64,000 bases of DNA from Octopus vulgaris (lineage: Eukaryota): contig OX597819.1 in assembly GCA_951406725.2 (NCBI GenBank), forward strand, positions 27,032,001-27,096,000, written 5' to 3'. Positions 24,953 through 38,348 of this stretch are shown in pieces. A program made the translations under genes and the position numbers. The notes under the pieces were generated by a model. That model did no database searches. It saw only the letters and a program-made list of their open reading frames with translations, and had not been told where the DNA came from. Each line of letters starts with the position of its first letter. Position 1 is the first letter of the stretch.

Positions 24953-25599
24953 TTTGACAGAACCTGTTACTATATTAGTGCTTGCCGTTTTTAATATCAG
25001 TCATTAGAGTTGCTGAAAGACATGTTGGTGTGGTATGCCACTTGCCTTCCAAAGCATTTGCCGTTACAAATTAACTGTGTTGATGAGACAGCAGAATACA
25101 TGTAATAGAGTCATTTATTTTTGCTGTACAGCTACTCAGATGTGAACTATTTAAAGAGGGTGATGAATTATGCATTGGGATATTATGCTGAATTGTACCC
25201 TATAAGATTTCTCTTTCTTGTACGATTGGAAGAGTTACCTTTTGTGTGGGTGAGTTGTAGTTGTGTGCGTAAGCAAAAACGGATTTCCTCATTTCTAACG
25301 TTCTCATACAATCAACTTTACAGTCAACTGTGCTGAAACATGTTAAAATAAAAAAGAATTTTATATTTTTTAAAAGTAGTGTGATGAAAGTTTTTCAATA
25401 ACGTCAGAATGTGGGTATGTTTTGGAATTAATCACTAGAAATTCTAATGTATACTGGCAAGTTAAGATGAGCTCTGATTTCTTTTTTTACCATTGGTGTA
25501 GAATGGTGAAAGTTATGGAGCTTCTCCGTTAAGAGGGGTTGCTTTTGTCGCAAGCGGGATTTTTGCTTTGTTTAAATATTTTGTCTTTTTTTTTTACAG

Positions 25600-25802
25600 T
25601 CCAGTGAGCCCAGAACAGTGCAAACACAGAGGGGCAGCCATCCAGTTTATTGTGATGGACCATGACTTCATGTTCCAAAACGACATTGGTGGGGAAGCTT
25701 ATATCCCACTTAGTGAAATCCCTGGTGTTAACGGAGCGGAAGTGACTGGATTCGAGGCCTTGAATATAATCTCCATGCCACTAATGCACCCTAGACACAA
25801 AG
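25600..25802 (+). CDS. BAIAP3: Internal exon of the same gene, C-terminal half of C2B
   Basis: Acceptor tttttttttacag| and donor G|gtgagt. TT+T=Phe joins the previous exon in frame. Translates PVSPEQCKHRGAAIQFIVMDHDFMFQNDIGGEAYIPLSEIPGV...PLMHPRHK, with the Ca2+-loop motif VMDHD..ND..GEA. Confidence 0.93.
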
Positions 25803-26340
25803 GTGAGTTACAAAGCCCCAGTCATTTGCAAAACTTTTTTTTTTTTTGTAGTCGTTCCATTGATCTTATATGTGCTTGTCTGTGTCTGCATATATCTCCA
25901 TGTTGTCTCTGTATATCCTATAACTTAGTTATAGGATATATAGTGTTCGATAAATGATTATCGGCAAATTATAAACCAAATGAAAAGAAGCACTCGGATT
26001 GAAATGATCGATTAATTCCCATAAAGGTAGTGCCCCAAATTGGCCGCAGTCTCATTACTAAAATACTGAATAAGTAAAAATATGTGTGTGGATGGAAGGA
26101 TGGATGCTAGTTGTTTTCGTCAACAAGCCCAAGATCTTGATGGGGCCTTACCTTGTATATATGTGTATGTGTGCGTTTGTGTTCGATCGTTTGTGCGTGT
26201 GTGAGAGCTTACCTTCATCAGGATAAAGTACTCAGTACTGAAATTGAGTGCAATATTTATTGTGGCGATGAAGTTACACTGTTACCATTCAGCGTTTCAC
26301 GTATCTGGCTGTGAGACCTGGTATTTATAGCAAGACAAAA

Positions 26341-26571
26341 GGCGGCGAGCTGGCAGAAACGTTAGCACGCTGGGCGAAATGCGTAGCCGTATTTCGTCTG
26401 CCGTTACGTTCTGAGTTCAAATTCCGCCGAGGTCGACTTTGCCTTTCATCCTTTCGGGGTCGATAAATTAAGTACCAGTTACGCACTGGGGTCGATATAA
26501 TCGACTTAATCCATTTGTCTGTCCTTGTTTGTCTTCTCTGTGTTTAGCCCCTTGTGGGTAGTAAAGAAATA
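26341..26571 (+). mobile_element. SINE family B monomer
   Basis: Full head plus one unit. TSD ggtatttatagcaaga. Confidence 0.92.
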
Positions 26572-26724
26572 GGTATTTATAGCAAGATATTCATGAATGA
26601 TCAGTTGTTATGTGGGAAATGATACGAAGTAGTGTTTATATTTAAGGTATTATATAAGTGTAGCCAAAGTGAAAGAAAAAATCACGATGACTAATAACAT
26701 CTTCCTATACAAAGTACACACTCT

Positions 26725-27040
26725 GGAACTCCGTCGGTTACGACGAGGCGCCGTCCAGTTGATTCGATCAACCTACTCGTTAAATTAATATTCGTGAGGC
26801 TGAGCACTCCACAGACACGCGTACCTTAAAGTAATTCTCGGGTAGATTCAACGTAACACAGAATCTGACAAGGCAGGCACATTGTAATACAGGTACTACT
26901 CGTTTTTGCCAACTGACTGGACTAGAACAACATGAAATAAAGTGTCTTGCTCAAGGACACAACGTACTGCCTGAAATCGAACTTATGATCTTACAATCGG
27001 GAGCCAAATACCCTAACCACTAAGCTACACACCTTCACAG
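26725..27040 (-). mobile_element. SINE family C copy
   Basis: Reverse complement of the 24645-24952 type. Confidence 0.8.
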
Positions 27041-27145
27041 TACACACACACAATTGTCACATACGCATACACCAATTCATTTCATATGTACATCTGCACT
27101 TACATAGTCACACATGGATATGAGCGCACGTTCGCACGCAGACGC

Positions 27146-27177
<32 letters not shown>

Positions 27178-27558
27178 CGGTTTATCCAGCTCTTTCCCGT
27201 GGTTATTGGTCGTCTATCTATCTTTATATCAATATATCTAACGAGCAAGCATTACGTTTGAATAAATGTCTATTTATTCGTCATTTTGAATTATGTCTAC
27301 GTACTAGATTTGTCCTTACATTTACTCATGCTTAATCACGCCCCCACCACCACCACCACCACCACCATCACACGAAGATGTTTATATAGCCAACTGCATA
27401 AGAGTACGGCTGTGCGGTAAGAAGCTTGATTCCCAACCACATGGTTCTGGGTTTAGTCCCGCTGCGTGGCACCTTTGGCAAATGTCTTCTACTGTAGCAT
27501 CGGGCCGACCAAAGCATTATGAGTGGATGTGGTAGACGGAAACTGAAGGAAGCCCGTC

Positions 27559-27599
<41 letters not shown>

Positions 27600-27600
27600 G

Positions 27601-29101
27601 TTAGGGAGCGCGAAAAATGCAACTCCTGAAATTGGTAACCAAGAATCGATATCTTGTTGCGAATTAGGATTTTTAAAAACGTATATAAAGAACTTTGCGG
27701 TTAAATATTTTTTCAGACTCCGCAGCGCAACGGAAAATTTTAAAAACCGCTATTTTGGGTCAAAGTTTGAATTTCATGGATTATAGGTCGTAATGAATAC
27801 ATACTGCTGCAAACTAGAATGCAAAACAGTAAATATAGCATTCTTAAGTGATTGCACATGAAATTTCAGTAAAATTCACTAATATCTTGAGGTTCCACAT
27901 TGGCTATAAAGCGAACGAGAGTGTGAGCTTCTCTCCAGTGCAGTTGCAACGGTTGTTGCATGTGGACGTAGGCCGTACGTGTGTGAAGTTTTTCGCTTTG
28001 TACCTTCACTTTAGGTCATTGTATTAAAATTAATGATCGTGTTAAATTTAGTGTTGTTTACATTTAGTGATGACTCAAAAGCCAATAATGCATCATGATA
28101 CTGGATGCCCAATATTTGGTACTCCATGAGATCTTACCGAGCAAGTTTTGCCAACTTACAAGGACGTACTAAAATGTATTTTATTTGAACGAGAAAAAGA
28201 AAAGAATGTAGTTAAGAAAGATCCTTCAATTAAACAAATTGTCGAGATTGTAACAGAAAATATAATTCTTCTTTGGCAAAAGGCATTTAACCCTTGTGTT
28301 ACGATTGAGTCAGTTAAACCGAAAATCTTAAACTTTTATCTAAAGTACTATGAAAAATAGAAAAAAATGTGCCATCATTTTAAACAAAGAGTAATGTGTT
28401 TAAAAACAATGCAACAAAAGATTTATTTGACATTTCCTGTTGCAAGTGCAAATCCTTTTAAAACTGCAATTGTAGTAGAGACAAAGTACCACAGAGAAAA
28501 CAAGGTATTTTATAGGATCAACGGACAATCATTGGCGGAATAGATCAAGCAGTATCTAAACAGGGCGTTCAGTGGCCGATTAGAAAGAATCGGCCAGATC
28601 AGAGTCGCCCTTCTACATCAGCAAAGGAAAGTAAAATTTTTCGGTTTAACTGACTCAAATTGTCAAAATTGTTGCAGAAAAAATAATTGTTTAATTTATT
28701 TTAATGTGTGTGTAACCAAGACCTCATTTAACACATATATTCGGTGACTTTGTTTTCATTATTTTTAATACTAAGTCGAAAAGTCTATTTAGTTCTCATA
28801 ATTTTGAAGTTTCAAGTGCGTTGCGGAGTCAAAAAAATATAAATTTTAGAGTTTGGGACTTTAACACTATTGTTTCTAAAGAATGTTGCAAAAGAAAATT
28901 GATACGTAACAATGAATATAAAAATAATTGATGTTTCGTTCATTATTCATAATTTCAAGTGGGCTGCGGAGCCTAAAGACATAAATTTAAGAACTTCAGA
29001 TTTTAACACAGTTGTTTTTAAAGAATTTCACAATACAAAATATATTCTTAAAAACACATATCGAAAATCTGCGTAAAAGATACCTTTTTCGCTCCAACCA
29101 A
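27601..29101 (+). mobile_element. Internally deleted DNA transposon, probably hATm-type, with a decayed transposase N-terminus
   Basis: Ends TTAGGGAGCGCGAAAAA / TTTTTCGCTCCAACCAA. Inverted subterminal repeats (actccgcagcgc / gcgttgcggagt). Peptide relics CPIFG..LPTYKDVLK..LWQKA and LFDISCCKC..C.C..KVP (28100-28560). The family assignment comes from recalled motifs. Confidence 0.7.
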
Positions 29102-29154
<53 letters not shown>

Positions 29155-29158
<4 letters not shown>

Positions 29159-29597
29159 ATAAATATTAGGGAATAAATCCAAATTTACAGGGAAAAATCA
29201 GATTTAGGATTGAATCCAATTTTATAGTAAAATATAATATAATATTAATTAGAGACAAAACCACTATTATGCAAATCAAACAAAGAAAGACTTAATCCAA
29301 TACATAAAAAATTTATATAAATTAAATAAAATTAAGTTATCCACTACAATTGTTTCCTGTCACTTCTAAGGACATTCATCAGGTGGTTTCAAGACCTTCT
29401 ATTCAATTTTAAATAATTATTAAACTTCATTATTTAAAATTGAATAGAAGGTCTTGAAACCACCTGATGAATGTCCTTAGAAGTGACAGGAAACAATTGT
29501 AGTGGATAACTTAATTTTATTTAATTTATATAAATTTTTTATGTATTGGATTAAGTCTTTCTTTGTTTGATTTGCATAATAGTGGTTTTGTCTCTAA

Positions 29598-29607
<10 letters not shown>
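29155..29607. mobile_element. Fold-back element (179-bp perfect arms plus ~84-bp tail) in (TA)n, Penelope-like pLTR architecture
   Basis: Arms 29239-29417 and 29429-29607, with a hammerhead in each arm. Confidence 0.8.
29460..29505 (+). ncRNA. Minimal type I hammerhead ribozyme (mirror copy on the - strand at 29341-29386)
   Basis: CCAC-CUGAUGA-A-UGUC-cuuagaagu-GACA-G-GAA-ACAAUUGU-A-GUGG. Confidence 0.75.
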
Positions 29608-29664
<57 letters not shown>

Positions 29665-31403
29665 CGTGTTTACCCCCTCCGCCATCGCTTGACAACCAAT
29701 GCTGGTGTGTTTACGTCCCCGTAAGCAAGCAGTTCGACAGAAAAGACCGATAGAATAAGCACCAAGCTTACAAAGAATAAGTTCAGGGGTGCTCCAGCAT
29801 CGCCAGTCAAATGACTGAAACAAGTAAAAAGAATAAAAGTATATATACATACATTACACACACACATATCCTAATGTTGTTTCTGAGTTTGTGTATAAAT
29901 ATAGTACACGCACACACTACTATCTATCTCTCTTTGTGTGGTGGTGGATTTAGCAAATTTCAACATACATGAGAAAGTTATTTTTCCCATTTATTCTTTT
30001 GGCAATGGAAATTATCAAAGGCTGACAACAACCAGAAGTCAATGCACTGCTAGGGGTTGGTGACTACATATTTTGGCTACGTTTTACTGACAGATATTTG
30101 GAAAGTTACCAAACTGCAGTAGTTGTACAGATGGTGACATTACGCTGCCTGAATATTTGCCAGAGGGAAAAAAAAAAAAGCCAAATCATATTTATGAAAA
30201 TATATAATAAAAACGCGGAAGAAAGAACTTGACCTTTAATTATTCCAGCTGGAAATTCCTCATGTCTTATATATTTTGGATTGACTGCGGATATGATTAT
30301 CTGTTGACCTTACTGGTTATTGTATTTGTGTGGTACCAGTGAATATTTTGTCTTTATGGACGAATTTTATGAAAATTATATAGAAAGGTTTTTGCGATCG
30401 ACTTCTTCCGTGACCTGTGACAGGATTTAAGCTCGGCACTTCAGGCTAATGTCAATTATAGTGCCACCACTTACTGCAGTGAAAAATGTTGCGAGTGACC
30501 GAATTGTTGACGTGTTGGCTAGTCAGTTAGACTGAGATTTGGCAGTACATATCGTGTTTGTGGCAAATTTACGTAGCTTCTCGACCTACTACAAAGAGCA
30601 ACCAAATCTTTCTTTTATCACAGCGACAGGGATTAAATATCTACTACAACTAATAGCAACCAAATTTCCCCTATCGACTGTCTTATAGCCATCCTACTTA
30701 ACTGTCTGTGCTCTAATTAAAATTACCAAAAAAGAAAAACAAAACAAATGGGTACCATGGGAAGATGTATCTCACATCTATTGTAGTTGATTAGTTTTAA
30801 ATGGACACTGATTAGGAAAACTTGTGTTCAAAGGGACTCTAGCTTTAACAAATTTCTTTTTTTTAAGGGACTACATTATCCAATGTGTTCTTTTCTTAAG
30901 ATCAGAGTCTGGGTCGACAAAAGTTGTGTGCAGGAGTATTTGTGCCTCTGTATCATGATATAATGCGATAGTTTAAGCATCACTATCACACAAGCGAGGG
31001 TTCTCACATTTAATGGTTGGACACAACGAACGATCATAAATCTGCTAAAACAAAATAATACAAGCGTATATGGAAATCGTCTATACCACCGTACTTTCCA
31101 CAATCACACGAATATGTATATCTGGTCTATAATATATTCCGTATGTAAGTACGTAGTTCGAGTCGACTTGGTTATTCAAGCAGACCCATGATCAATCGTG
31201 TACAACCATGAACATCACGACTTGTTTGCAAACAGTTCCTTTACGGTTTACGTCATCCACTGTTGTTATTATTTTGAAAGAATGTTTGAGGGAAATTTGG
31301 CTGCTATTTTTTGCAAGGTGAATGAGATGTAGCTGCTCTGTCTGGATTCCGCTCATATGTATGTCTTTGTTGATAGATGTAAAGATGTGTGCCTCTTTGT
31401 ATG

Positions 31404-31468
<65 letters not shown>

Positions 31469-31842
31469 ATGTGTGTGTGTATTCGTTCATGTAACTGATG
31501 TCTCCCGGCTTCAATATCTTGTAGAGAAATAACGTATTCTCGTCCGTTATATTTGACGTTAACTGACCAGTGGTCGTGATCTCTTGGGAAAGACATCACA
31601 GAATAAGAAACGGAATTTATAATAATAATGATATTAATAATAATGATCAGAAAAGAACAACAACAACAACAATCCATGCTTCGGGTGCAGTAATGAAGAG
31701 GGCAAAATTGAAATACGCATCTCGCTAGATTGCTTAAGTCAGGCAAGAAATCCCTCCACACGCTCAAGCACGCACGTACATGCATTTACACACACACGCG
31801 CACATACTCTCTCTCATACACACACATTATATTTATATATAT

Positions 31843-31913
<71 letters not shown>

Positions 31914-32135
31914 CAGGGATAATCGTTCATGGCAGAAATATCTCAGTGACACCCATTTATTACAACAAAAGCAATAAGAGGGAAATGTTATGATTTACCG
32001 TAGGCAGTGAGATTTCCTGTAGACTGCAATTTTGAAGAGGTCATCTCTCAGGTCACCACGTCCTGGACATATTTAGCATCTCCTTTAAACTCTATTTAAT
32101 GGATTCTCCTTTGCAAGTACTGTCCCTCTATCTCC

Positions 32136-32172
<37 letters not shown>

Positions 32173-32278
32173 TTCTCTTTCTTTCTACTTTACGTAAACT
32201 TACTTTTTCTTCATACTATAATTTTCATGCGAATGCTTTCTACATTTCGTCTGTCACAAAACAGCCATTATTTCTTTC

Positions 32279-32321
<43 letters not shown>

Positions 32322-32851
32322 GTCTACCTTCCTTCTATATTCTCAGAAATTAACGTTTATATTTTAAATGTGAGATTTAGAAACACGAATTTGTATCTGG
32401 TGAAATATAAATGGAAATATATACCTACATGTATACATACATAGAAACATACCTACATACATACATACACCCACACGCATGTGTATCCAATATGATTTTC
32501 GAGTGTTTTTCTGTCTAAGTCTTAAATCTTAAGATTCAGTGTGTGTGTGTGTGTGCGTGCATGTCAGTCAATGCAGCAATAATAATGAAGGGAATTGTTA
32601 AGGAAAAGACAAGCAGCAAAGATGGTACAGAATGTAGATAAATCATAAATACAAGAGCTTTCTGTCCCACCCTCTTTCCACCCCATTTGCACCCTCGTTC
32701 TTTTTGTTTTGTTTTGATTTTTTTACATCATCTTTGTCTTCACGTCATATTACCGTCATCATTAATGACATCGCTGTTACGACCATCACCGCCACCACAG
32801 ATATTATTCCCATCATCATCATTAACTTAGTCTTTATTATTTTTATTAATA

Positions 32852-33065
32852 AGCCAGCGAGCTGGCAGAATCGTTAGCACGCCGGGAGAAATGTTTTGCG
32901 GTATTTCGTCTGTCGCTACGTTCTGAGTTCAATTTCTGCCGAGGTCGACTTTGCCTTTCATCTTTTCAAGGTCGATGAATTAAGTACAAGTTGAGTACTG
33001 GGGTCGATATGATCGACTTAATCCCTCTCCCAAAATTTCAGGCCTTATACTTACACAAGAAACGA
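32852..33065 (+). mobile_element. SINE family B, short-tail variant
   Basis: B head and body with a cccaaaatttcaggcctt tail. Confidence 0.85.
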
Positions 33066-33103
33066 TGATTACAATTAATATTATTATTATTGTTATTATT
33101 CAA

Positions 33104-33820
33104 AGTGGCGAGCTGGCAGAATCGTTAACACGCCGGGGAAATGCTTAACGGTATTTCGTCTGTCGTTACATTGTGAGTTCAAATTCCGCCGAGGTCGACT
33201 TTGCCTTTCATCCTTTCGGGGTCGATAAATTAAGTACCAGTTACGCACTGGGGTCGATGTAATCGACTTAATATCTATGTTTGTCTTTGTTTGTCCCCTC
33301 TATGTTTAGACCCTTGTGGGTAATAAAGAAATAAGTATTTCGTTTGCCGCTACGTTCTGAGTTCAAATTCCTTTCGAGGTCGATTAAATAAGTACCAGTT
33401 GCCCACTGGGGTCGATATAATCGACTTAATCCGTTTCTCTGTCCTTGTTTGTCCTCCCTGTGTTTAGCCTGTTGTGGGTAGTAAAGAAATAGGTATTTCT
33501 TCCGTCGTTACACTCTGAGTTCAAATTCCGCTGAGGTCGACATTACCTTTCATCCTTTCGGGATCGATAAATTAAGAACCAGTGAAACTAATATCACCAC
33601 CACGAAGGCTGCGAGCTGACCGAATAGTTAGCACGTCGGGCAAAATGCTTAGCAGCATTTCGTCTGTCTTTATGTTCTGAGCTCAAATTTCGCCGAGTTC
33701 GACTTTGCCTTTCATCTTTTCGAGGTCGATAAAGTAAGTACCAGTTGAACGCTGGGGATCGATGTAATCGACTCGTGCCCTCCCCTCCAAATTGCTCACC
33801 TAGTAGCAAAAGTTTGAAGC
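33104..33820 (+). mobile_element. SINE family B trimer plus an adjacent degenerate B copy
   Basis: Units restart at Rgtatttc after aaagaaata. Confidence 0.85.
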
Positions 33821-33884
33821 CATTACCATTATTACCAGAAAGAATGATCAGCATCACTATGATCATCAGCATCGTCATTATTGC

Positions 33885-34277
33885 TGTTACTCTTTTACTT
33901 TTTTACTTGTTTCAGTCATTTGACTGTGGCCATGCTGGAGCACCGCCTTTAGTCGAGCAAATCGACCCCTGGACTTATTCTTTGTTAGCCTAGTACTTAT
34001 TCTATCCGTACCCTTTTTGCCGAACCGCTAAGTTACGGGGACGTAAGCACACCAGCGTCGGTTGTCAAGCGATGTTGGGGGACAAACACAGACACACAAA
34101 CACATACACACATATGCATATACATATATACGACGGGCTTCTTTCAGTTTCCGTCTTCCAAATCCACTCACAAGGCTTTGGTCGGCCCGAGGCTATAGTA
34201 GATGACACTTGCCCAAGGTGCCACACACGGAACCATGTGGTTGATAAAGCAAGCTACTTACCACACAGCCACTCCTA
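33885..34277 (-). mobile_element. SINE family A full copy
   Basis: Reverse complement of the A consensus. Confidence 0.9.
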
Positions 34278-36186
34278 CACCTATTACCAACCGTAACAGC
34301 AACAGCAGCGTACGATTACCACCACCACCTCAACTGCTATCATCAGTAGTGACTACTATCACCATTACGTCCACCATCACTATGAAAAAACCATCATGTC
34401 CACCAAAAATATCAACATGGCCGCCACCGCCATCACTATTATCGTCACCGTCTCTGTCGTCCACCACCACTAACAACAACAACAACAACAACAACAACAA
34501 CGACACTATTATCACAACCACCTTCACCATTATCATTACCTTCACTACCAACACCAACATCACCGCCGCCATCATATCCAACAACGCCACCAATAATTAC
34601 ATCACCGACAAGAGATGTTCGTGTTAGCTTATTGCTGTTGGAAATAGTCAACACTGAAATGACGGTTATTATTGAATGGACTGTTTGTTGTTTTTGTTGT
34701 TGGTGGTGTTGGTGGTGGTGGTGGTGGTGGTGACAGCGGCGGTGAATATTGCGGAGGAGGAGCAGCAGCAGCAGCAACGAGAGGTTGTTGATGATGCTCA
34801 TCTCAGGATCGAGAAAGTGGAGATGATGACGACGACGGAGGCGGCGGCGGCGACGGCTTTGATACGTCGCGACGCGGCAGTCGCGCGTAGGTAGGTGGCA
34901 GCGGTGTTGGTGGTAGGATCTTGAAGGTAGTCATTAGGGTGTTATGATGATTATGATGATGATTAGGAGAAGGAGAAGACGACGAGGATGCTCCTTGATC
35001 ACGGTGACATTCGTCGTGGTGGTTGCGGTGGTAGTGGTTTAGTAGGTGGTTGTTAAAAATTGCAATGGTGGTGGTGGTGGTGGTGGTTTTATGCGACAAT
35101 CATGCAACTGGAAGTGAGAGGTGGTGGTGGTGGTGGTGGTGGTGGTGGTTGAAAAGTGGTCGTTAGTGATTATAATGAAGGAGGAGCGGTAACGGTGATG
35201 ATGCTGTGGTGATGATGATGATGATGATGATAATGGTGGTGATGGTGGCAGTGATGTTTTATGTGATGTTGATGCAGGTAGTAGTGAGAGATAGTGGCTG
35301 AGAGGCGGTCGTTAGTGGTCGTTACCGGGGTGGCTAGGGGGGATAATAATGATGTGGGGGGAGGGGATTGAGGGGGCGGGTGCGGTTCATTAGAATTAGT
35401 GATTAGAGGAAGGTTGTTTTTGATGGTGTAGTGGCAACGGTAAATCTCAAAACAGAACTGGTGAAGTAGAGGTGGGGGTGTTGGCGGAGGTGGGACGGGG
35501 ATAGGATTGGTGAGAGCGCAGTCCGGTGGGGTGATGCTGGACGAGGTGGAGGAGTCTCACCTCAAGCAGATGTCTCTTGTCTCCTTGACATCACCGAGAC
35601 TTCATCATCACCACACCTATAGACACGGCTATCCCACACCATTGGATACAACTGCCAACCATCACCACTGCGACCCGACTACCACCACCACTACCACCAC
35701 CACCATCTACGAATGTTCGATAAGGCCACACCCATTGACATAACTACCTTGCACTACGGTCATCAAAGCTACCACCATCACCATCCATCGGACCCTTACA
35801 TGGTCACTCAACTTGCAAGAAATAATAACTAAATCTCACTCAAATCAGATTCTATCATCTTTAAAAAAAAAATGTACCAGGGGTGGCATACACATTTATG
35901 CTTTATTTAAGCATAGTAAGTTACCCATTACTCAAGCATAAATTCAAACACTTATTTGCAAAAAGGGTTGAAAATGTATAACGCTCCCTATCATTTTTTT
36001 TTTTTTTTTTGTTCAATTTTTCACTCTTGATTAAATATGGCGGTTCATATAAAACACGAACAAATTGTAGCGTTGAATATGGCTGGTTTAAAGACCTGGA
36101 AAGTGATAAAGCGGTTGAAAAAGAGGATAAAAGGTTATGGTGAGAGGAAATAGTAGCCGTTTTGAATGATGTAAAATATTTTCAAT

Positions 36187-36364
36187 AGGCGTGGCTGTGT
36201 GGCAAAAAGTTTGCTTCCCAACCACATGATTTCTGGTTCATTCCCTCTGCGTGGTACCTTCGGCTAGTGTCTTCTACTATAGAATCGGGCCGACCAAAGC
36301 TTGTGAGTGGATCTGGTAGACGGAAACTGAAAGAAGCTCGTCGTACATACATGTGTGTGTGTGT

Positions 36365-36402
<38 letters not shown>

Positions 36403-36586
36403 ACCATTGCTTGATAACTGATGCTGCTGTGTTTACGACCCCGTAACTTAGCGGTTCGGCAAAAGAAAACGATAGAATAAGTAATAGGCTTACAAAGAAA
36501 AGTCTTGGGGTCGATTTCTTCGACTAAAACCCTTTAAGGCGGTGCTCTAGCATGGATGCAGTCAAGTGACTGAAACATGTAAAAGA

Positions 36587-36633
<47 letters not shown>

Positions 36634-36820
36634 TGTGTGTTTCTATCTATGTTCGTTCCTCAAAACCGCTTGACAACCGGTGTTGGTGTCTTTACATCCT
36701 TGTAAGCTAGGGGTTCGGCAAAAAAAGACCAATAGAAAAGTACCGAGGTCGATTCGTTCGACTAAGAAATTCTTCAAGAATGGTCACAGTCACATGACTG
36801 ACACAATTAAAAGATGAAAA
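36187..36820 (+). mobile_element. SINE family A full copy plus a second 3' half
   Basis: A consensus with a (TG)n centre. Confidence 0.88.
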
Positions 36821-37027
36821 AAGAAAAATTACAATCAACTTTTAAAATCAGGCCCTTTTCTTTCTTCAGTCGAGTTCCAATTCCGAATGACCTGTCCTTG
36901 TTTTCTTTATATCGTCTATTTGGATGTTTTGTTGTCCCCTTTTTTGTATCACCTAACGGCCTGGGTGTTTTGCGTTCTTGTCCCATTTTGTATTAGTTAT
37001 ATATATATATATATATATCTCTGTGTA

Positions 37028-37065
37028 TCTTTCTGTTGAACAGCGTAGGCTCGAAACGTTAAAGA
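37028..37065 (+). ncRNA. Minimal hammerhead-like motif (CUGUUGA core) in the (TA)n-flanked insert 37019-37165
   Basis: UCUUU-CUGUUGA-AC-AGC-guag-GCU-C-GAA-ACGU-U-AAAGA. Same family as 45403-45610. Confidence 0.55.
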
Positions 37066-37195
37066 CTTGTTTTATTTATATTTCCTGAGCGCCATACTAA
37101 TACAATTGTTCGTTTGTTTTCCACCTGCCTTCGTCTTTTGTTTATTTTCATAAAGCCTCCCGTTATATATATATACATGCGTACGTACACTTTGG

Positions 37196-37235
<40 letters not shown>

Positions 37236-37949
37236 GCGTATATATATACCGCAGCCGGTACACATTGATAAATATGCTTTGGGGTTTCTAGCAGATGGTG
37301 AAAACAGGATGCTCACAAATGGATTGTCTTTTGATCATAAGTCAGTTAGATAAGGGTTTGACCAGGTGCTAAACAATTACTACAATAACCGTTATTGTTA
37401 TGGCTACTCCCACCATCATCACTACAATTCATAACCTCCCTCCCCATCATTGTCACCATGGCGAACAGTAAGGCCACACCCAATGACACCACCACCACCA
37501 CTACTTTCATTACTGCCCCTTCACAACGACTACTTCTTATGAGTCTTATCCGCTTCCCACCGCCCCACTCCCGTGAATAACAAGTTCCATAGAACACCTT
37601 TCACATGGCAGCACCCTATACAGCTGTACACCAGTTCCAACCACCCACGCGTCCACATATTTATATCCTGGCCCTACAAAGACATTAACAATTGCAAGAA
37701 TACCACCCCACCACCCCACCACTCTGCACCGCGCTGCTTGCACGCAACACTCGAGAACAACCATTCTATTCAATTCATCACATACAATGATGTCATTAAC
37801 GCAACCGCCATCACCACCGTCACCACCAACACCTTCATCACCACTGGCCAGCCAAAGAATCTTGACGTAGTCATGCGATCCGCTAGAAATAGCAGCCAAA
37901 TCTCCAAGTCATACTCTACCCTACCTGTGTTTTAAATGATAGTTTTTGT

Positions 37950-38348
37950 CTTTCAGTTGTTTCCGTTATTGGCCTGCAGCCATGTTGGGGCACTGTCTTG
38001 AAAGATTTAATTAAACAAATCGACCCCGATACTCCGGTACTCTCTTTTTCCATTTTTTTTTTACTGGTACTTATTCTATCGCTCTCTATTGCCGAACTGC
38101 TGTGTTACGTGGATGTAAAGAAACCAATACTGACTGTCAAGTGATGGTAGGGGACAGACAACGTAAATACACATACATGCACACATACGACGGACTTCTT
38201 TGTTTCCTTCTGTCAAATCAACTCATAAGACTCAGGTCAGCCCAGGGCTATAATAAAAGACACTGCCCAATGTGCCACACTGTGGAACTGAACCAAAGAC
38301 CACATGGTTGGGAAGCAAGCTTCTTACCCACACAGCTACGCCTGCGTC
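37950..38348 (-). mobile_element. Degenerate SINE family A
   Basis: Reverse complement of A, diverged. Confidence 0.75.

Larger units (their letters stand above)
27405..29840 (+). mobile_element. SINE family A split by two nested insertions in its TA tract
   Basis: 5' half at 27405-27560 and 3' half at 29650-29840. Confidence 0.85.

Noticed and set aside
25622-25634. Exon complementarity to SINE B (cccctctgtgttt)
   Set aside because: It is only 11-13 nt against a high-copy repeat, so probably chance.
30093-30125. Alternative exon after actgacag|
   Set aside because: The pyrimidine tract is weak and an in-frame stop follows within 10 codons.
34202-35743. Poly-T/H/V/Q ORFs
   Set aside because: They are trinucleotide low-complexity tracts with no domain or splice support.
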